Shown here in pieces: positions 59,736-64,000 of a DNA stretch of 64,000 nt. A program made the translations under genes and the position numbers. The notes beneath the pieces were generated by a model that was not told where the DNA came from, did not search any database, and saw only the letters and a program-made list of their open reading frames with translations. Position 1 is the first letter of the stretch. Each line of letters opens with the position of its first letter. Source of the stretch: Nitrospinota bacterium (GTDB taxonomy: Bacteria; UBA8248); the NCBI GenBank assembly GCA_036231405.1, contig JAZAHK010000003.1, positions 128,001 through 192,000 on the forward strand. Direction: 5' to 3'.

Positions 59736-59777
59736 GGATGAGGGGGTAGACAATAAGGCTGTCCCCTCACCTTTTTT
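59736..59777 (+). terminator. Candidate intrinsic terminator
   Basis: TGAGGGGGTAG-loop-CTGTCCCCTCA hairpin followed by CCTTTTTT, downstream of the ankyrin gene. Confidence 0.6.
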
Positions 59778-59819
59778 AAAATAAACAAATATTGTATGTT
59801 GTATTTTAGGAGAAAATAA

Positions 59820-60524
59820 ATGCCAAAGATTTTGGTTCTAGAAGACGACAAAGAACAGTTAAACGACCTAGTTACCTATCTGGAAACATGGGATTTTGAG
59901 GTGATACAATTCGATAATTTAAAGAGCGCGAAAAATAAAATTAAAGATACAATTGATTTTGACCTAGCTATTGTTGACGTAATGCTGGACTCAAACGATC
60001 AAGGGAATAAAGACGGATTCAGATTCGCAAAAGAACTGCGGTTAAAATCCAAAACTATACCTATCATATTCATTACAGCACTTGAGAGTGATATGAATAT
60101 GATTTCAGGCCAAAAAATTGTATGCTGGAACTATATAGTCAAACCCTACAATCCAGAACTGGTGAGGACTTCTATACATTCAGCCCTAGAGTACGCAGAT
60201 GGTTTTAAGACAGACAATCTCGAAGCACAAGATATCGTATACGGTGACTTGATCTTCAGAAGATCTGAAAGTGAAGTCGAATGGAAAGGAAAAACAATCG
60301 AACCCACAATCACAGAAAGTTTGATTTTAAGTAAGCTTTTAGTTAATCCTGGAATTGTAATAAACACGGAAACTCTCTTAGATCATCTTATAGAATCAGA
60401 TAACTACAGTGCCGTTCACGCACAGATTAAGAATATAAAGAAAAAATTCAAAACCGTTGATCCAGAATTTGATCGCATAAAAACTATCTATGGCGCCGGT
60501 TATAAATGGGTCAAAGATTCATAA
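59820..60524 (+). CDS. OmpR-family response regulator (ChvI/PdsR-like)
   Basis: LEDD, AIVD phosphoacceptor, PIIFITA, KP, winged helix ending IKTIYGAGYKW. Confidence 0.92.
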   Translation: MPKILVLEDDKEQLNDLVTYLETWDFEVIQFDNLKSAKNKIKDTIDFDLAIVDVMLDSNDQGNKDGFRFAKELRLKSKTIPIIFITALESDMNMISGQKIVCWNYIVKPYNPELVRTSIHSALEYADGFKTDNLEAQDIVYGDLIFRRSESEVEWKGKTIEPTITESLILSKLLVNPGIVINTETLLDHLIESDNYSAVHAQIKNIKKKFKTVDPEFDRIKTIYGAGYKWVKDS

Positions 60525-60548
60525 GATCCAATTTCTTGGAAGTAAACT

Positions 60549-62525
60549 ATGAAAAAATTTGGCTTCCACACCTCCAGCATTACCTTTAAGGCTCTATGTG
60601 TCTTCCTCCCAATACAAGTCATTATTCTTGTTGCAGGATATGTTTTCGTTAGCGATTTAATTGTTCAAACAAAAAACGAACGGAAGGAAAAGTTTGCAAT
60701 CAATAGAAATTCACTAGAGAAAACATTAAAAGAAAATCCATCTTTACGACTCACAAAATTTAGTAACCCAAAAGACATTTCTGCTCCAAATACGTTCCCA
60801 ATTTTTTTGAGAACAAAGAAAATAAGAAGCGGGCCTGATATTCAATGCAAGGATCAGCAAAGCGCTTCAATGACCGATAGGTACTCGTACAAAAATAAAT
60901 TTAAATTTAGAGTTTCTATTATCGGAGACCTGCTCATCTTCTTCGGAGGTTTCGAAGGTTATGACGTACACTCTGAAGAACATTTCCTGAAAATCGATTT
61001 TTTAGATAGAAATAAAAATTCCTCCACAATTAAGGCTATTTTTGTAGCCAAAGATTCTGACGATTCTGAAAATCAAATTAAGCAAATTAAGGGAAATTTT
61101 GTTTTAGAAAAAGAAACAGAGTGGTCTATCAATCAAGACAGATCATATTGGAAAAGAAATGGAGCAGATGGAGAATTCGTTTATGGAACATTTAGTCTTT
61201 TCTTAAAAAGAAAGGAAATTCTTAGGAATATACAAAACATTAGATTCTCTTTACACGAAGACAATAATATCCTCTGCCAGACTTCTCCTAGATATAAAGT
61301 TTCCTTCTTCTTAACTGATTCGTTACAAGAAAAAATGAACAAGATACAACAAATGAAACATGGGATTCTATTTAGAGACTTGAATGAAAATATTATTTTC
61401 AAAAAAGAAGAATATAATCTACCACTTCGAGAGAGATTAGAAAAACAATCGTTTTTTGAATGGGTTGGAGAAAAAATTGTAGGTAGGCAAAAAGCTGGAC
61501 TACCGAGCGTGTGTGCTAAGTTGCAAAAAATCTTAAAGAAAAACCTAAGCGAATTATCAATGTGTTCATCTCTTTTCGATGAAACAGTTTACATCTGGTC
61601 CCAAGAGAGGAACTGGCAAAAGGAGAGCCTATACCCAATTTACAATATAGCAGCTATTGGATTTATAATCGTTTTACTCACGATTTTCCTACTCTGCAGT
61701 CTAATTTTTTATCTCAAAAATCGCTTGAGCAATTTACAAAGAGAAATAGAAAAACACGTTTCTAGCGACGGAGAAATTCTTCCAACCATAGAAAAAATGA
61801 AAGGTACCCAAAATGACGAATTAGGACTTTTAACAAAACTACTCCAATTAAGTTTTTTAAAAATTAGGGATCGAAATACATTTTATAGAAAAATGTCGGA
61901 TTTTCTAAGACACGAACTCGGACAACAATTCTCTAAATTACGTCTTAAAATAGCGAATATTAATTCTAATCCGGAACAAGTAGAAATCAATAAATCATTA
62001 ATAAAGACTTTAGAATTATCGGAAAAAACTCTCCAAGATTTCACAAGTGCTAGTAACATTATTTCCGCACTCAACGCAGGGAAAAGAGAACAGATTGATC
62101 TATGTTCGTTGATGAAAGAATTTGTCGAATATTTCGAAACACCCGATTCTAACATAAGACTAGAAATAAGAACGGAGAATGTTTTTGCAGAATGCGTCCC
62201 TATTGCACTAGAACGTGCATTCTCTTCTATATTTGAAAACGCAAGTGATTTCAGGAAAAAAGGCACAGAAATTACATGTATTCTAGAAACAAAAGATTCT
62301 GGGAAAAGAATTACTATAAAAAATGAAGGTAATTTAATTGATGAAAAAAATTTAACGAATATTTTTGATCTTGGATTTTCAATAAGAGAAACTCAAACCA
62401 AGGGAATACACCAGGGATTTGGTCTTTTCCTTGTGAAAGCAGTCATAGAATTTCATGGATGGAATATATCTGCAAACAACAACTCGGAACCTCCTGGGGT
62501 CGAATTTGTTATAGAAATACCCTAA
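60549..62525 (+). CDS. Membrane sensor histidine kinase
   Basis: Two TM segments around a large extracytoplasmic domain; HAMP-like DELG; RHEL H-box; ENA, NEG, IFD and GFGLF boxes. Confidence 0.9.
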   Translation: MKKFGFHTSSITFKALCVFLPIQVIILVAGYVFVSDLIVQTKNERKEKFAINRNSLEKTLKENPSLRLTKFSNPKDISAPNTFPIFLRTKKIRSGPDIQCKDQQSASMTDRYSYKNKFKFRVSIIGDLLIFFGGFEGYDVHSEEHFLKIDFLDRNKNSSTIKAIFVAKDSDDSENQIKQIKGNFVLEKETEWSINQDRSYWKRNGADGEFVYGTFSLFLKRKEILRNIQNIRFSLHEDNNILCQTSPRYKVSFFLTDSLQEKMNKIQQMKHGILFRDLNENIIFKKEEYNLPLRERLEKQSFFEWVGEKIVGRQKAGLPSVCAKLQKILKKNLSELSMCSSLFDETVYIWSQERNWQKESLYPIYNIAAIGFIIVLLTIFLLCSLIFYLKNRLSNLQREIEKHVSSDGEILPTIEKMKGTQNDELGLLTKLLQLSFLKIRDRNTFYRKMSDFLRHELGQQFSKLRLKIANINSNPEQVEINKSLIKTLELSEKTLQDFTSASNIISALNAGKREQIDLCSLMKEFVEYFETPDSNIRLEIRTENVFAECVPIALERAFSSIFENASDFRKKGTEITCILETKDSGKRITIKNEGNLIDEKNLTNIFDLGFSIRETQTKGIHQGFGLFLVKAVIEFHGWNISANNNSEPPGVEFVIEIP

Positions 62526-62571
62526 GTTTTTTCCTTTAAGTCACGGAAAAACTTCTATGTTCATAAAAAAA

Positions 62572-63114
62572 TTATTTCAAAAAACTTGCGATAAAGTCTG
62601 GATAGACTGCCTCAACCTTTTCCCTTATTTCAGCCTCTTCAGAAACGGCCACTGGATGCTGAATCGCAATAAATGGAAGTTCAAGGTACCCCATTGCCTT
62701 CTGTTGTGCTTTAGCAATTGCTAAAAAGGCGGTGGTAATAACACACACCGATGGAATCCCTGATTTTTCTAAATTTACCGCATCCCTGAAACTCCAGGCT
62801 GTACAACTACCTCATTCTCCAAGACCTGTAACAGCGGCATCGGCATGTTCAACAACTTGTTCCAAAATATCAGGTCTGGCTGGACGAGTAAAAAAAGGTT
62901 TTTTCACGTGTATAACGTCTTTAACCCCATTTTTTGCCTTGAGTAAATCTCCCATCAAAGAAAAATATTTATTGTAAGGCTGGAGTTTATTATTATCTAA
63001 AAAAACAATAGTCTTACCTTCAAGGGTATCCAGTTTAGATGAAACGGACCCTCCTTCAGGAAATTTTTCTGCCATAGGATTTAGAACAAAGAAATTACCC
63101 TTATCTTTTGGCAT
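62572..63114 (-). CDS. UGSC-motif selenoprotein (U101), 180 aa
   Basis: Read-through of TGA 62814..62812 gives ADAAVTGLGE-U-GSCTAWSFRDAVNLEKSGIPSVCVITTAF...IQHPV...FLK-TAA(62574..62572); ATG 63114 has a GGAG RBS. Confidence 0.9.
62785..62798 (-). promoter_or_regulatory. Candidate SECIS hairpin of the UGSC gene
   Basis: CCUGG-AGUU-UCAGG begins 13 nt after the UGA; G at loop position 2. Confidence 0.6.
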
Positions 63115-63133
63115 TTTTGCTATCTCCAAGCAA

Positions 63134-64000
63134 TTAGAAAATGATTTTCTTCGTGACTGCACGAGTTCCCCAACCAGGCATAAAAACTGTATGACGTCCT
63201 TTCCCACCAGCAACTAAAACTAAAATATCATCAGGAGTTCTAACTATAGGGATAAGTGTCTCTTCATTCTCTCGATCCACCCAGCGAGGCCAAAAATTTT
63301 TCTTATACTCTTTTCCATACATCCCATTATATTTAAGTTCACGAATTGGTTGCCGAGCATTTTCCCACAAAAAATATTTAACGTCTTTTTTTTTCCATCC
63401 CGCACTTGCAATACTTTCCGCATGTTCAGGACAAAGTACAACCATTGTATCCCCCATTACGTAGAAATTGTTATGGCCTGTCCCTTTCATTGCCCCAGCT
63501 ATCCCATACAAAATACCGAAAGGATCTCCTTCAGCATGGTTATTTACATTATGGGGTGGTTCACAAGAGTACGCGGTAATCGTACTTTCTTCAGAGTCAT
63601 AACCAAGATCAACATGTAAAGGATCCCATGGAGATTCCTCTTCATTTTCGGCAAAAAGATATGAAAACTTTCCAGGATGGCCAAAGGTCGCCTTATCTGT
63701 TTCTCCTGGTATTCCACCACCTAGATTCATCATGATAAGTCTCAATGCACGACCGATTGTTGCGTTTGCACGAAAACCACTACCCAAACAACCCGACTTT
63801 GAATTCACCCCTAGTTCATTGGCAATCGGGCCGTTGACTATAAATGCTGGCGTACTCATATGTGTTGTAGACTGTACACCTTGCAAGTTGAATTTTTCGT
63901 CAAGCATAGTCTTTAGACCGGCAACTACCAACGGCATATAGCTCGGGATACAGCCAGCCATAACGGCATTTATTGCAATTTTTTCAATTGTCGCACCTCC
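63134..64000 (-). CDS. Conserved uncharacterised protein, partner of the UGSC selenoprotein (5' end outside window)
   Basis: Frame is open to the window edge: GGATIEKIAINAVMAGC.., STTH, GFRANATIGRALRL, TFGHPGK, AENEEESPW; ends 19 nt before the UGSC gene. Confidence 0.8.
   Translation of the reverse strand, partial: GGATIEKIAINAVMAGCIPSYMPLVVAGLKTMLDEKFNLQGVQSTTHMSTPAFIVNGPIANELGVNSKSGCLGSGFRANATIGRALRLIMMNLGGGIPGETDKATFGHPGKFSYLFAENEEESPWDPLHVDLGYDSEESTITAYSCEPPHNVNNHAEGDPFGILYGIAGAMKGTGHNNFYVMGDTMVVLCPEHAESIASAGWKKKDVKYFLWENARQPIRELKYNGMYGKEYKKNFWPRWVDRENEETLIPIVRTPDDILVLVAGGKGRHTVFMPGWGTRAVTKKIIF

Noticed and set aside
63115-63213. Longer N-terminus of the UGSC gene given in the ORF track
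   Set aside because: It overlaps the upstream gene; ATG 63114 has a GGAG RBS and fits the operon spacing.
1-64000. Genome-wide TGA reassignment to Trp or Gly
   Set aside because: dxs, xseA, cysE, greA, the hydantoinase B gene and others end at TGA at their natural C-termini, often in ATGA/GTGA overlaps; Trp is encoded by TGG.
1-64000. CRISPR arrays, tRNA/rRNA genes, IS elements, prophage or defence systems
   Set aside because: No repeat-spacer periodicity, cloverleaf-like segments, transposase, integrase or phage genes were seen by eye; small RNAs could have been missed without a covariance search.

Overview
AT-rich, gene-dense bacterial chromosome window. I did not see rRNA, tRNA, CRISPR or mobile elements. 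About 1-21.5 kb is mostly housekeeping: folD-xseA-xseB-ispA-dxs-tlyA, cysE-nifS-nifU, greA, maf, ispB, thiI and a hydantoinase A/B pair, plus an unusual molybdoenzyme with a fused Fe-S subunit. About 21.5-58 kb is a large catabolic region full of paralogue pairs: CocE hydrolases, ThDP enzymes, CaiB CoA-transferases, MaoC pairs, BKACE enzymes and acyl-CoA dehydrogenases, with a NitT/TauT ABC transporter. The main hidden signal is selenocysteine recoding. Three ORFs in the track are truncated or split at an in-frame TGA that sits at a redox-Cys position and is followed about 12 nt later by a SECIS-like hairpin. These are SelD (U18), an OsmC-like protein heading a MaoC dehydratase pair (U84), and a UGSC-motif protein (U101) downstream of a conserved uncharacterised partner gene. 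I also found a BKACE gene that appears to start at ATC, and an M24 peptidase remnant whose N- and C-termini are joined by a large internal deletion. Family assignments come from motif recognition only; no searches were run.
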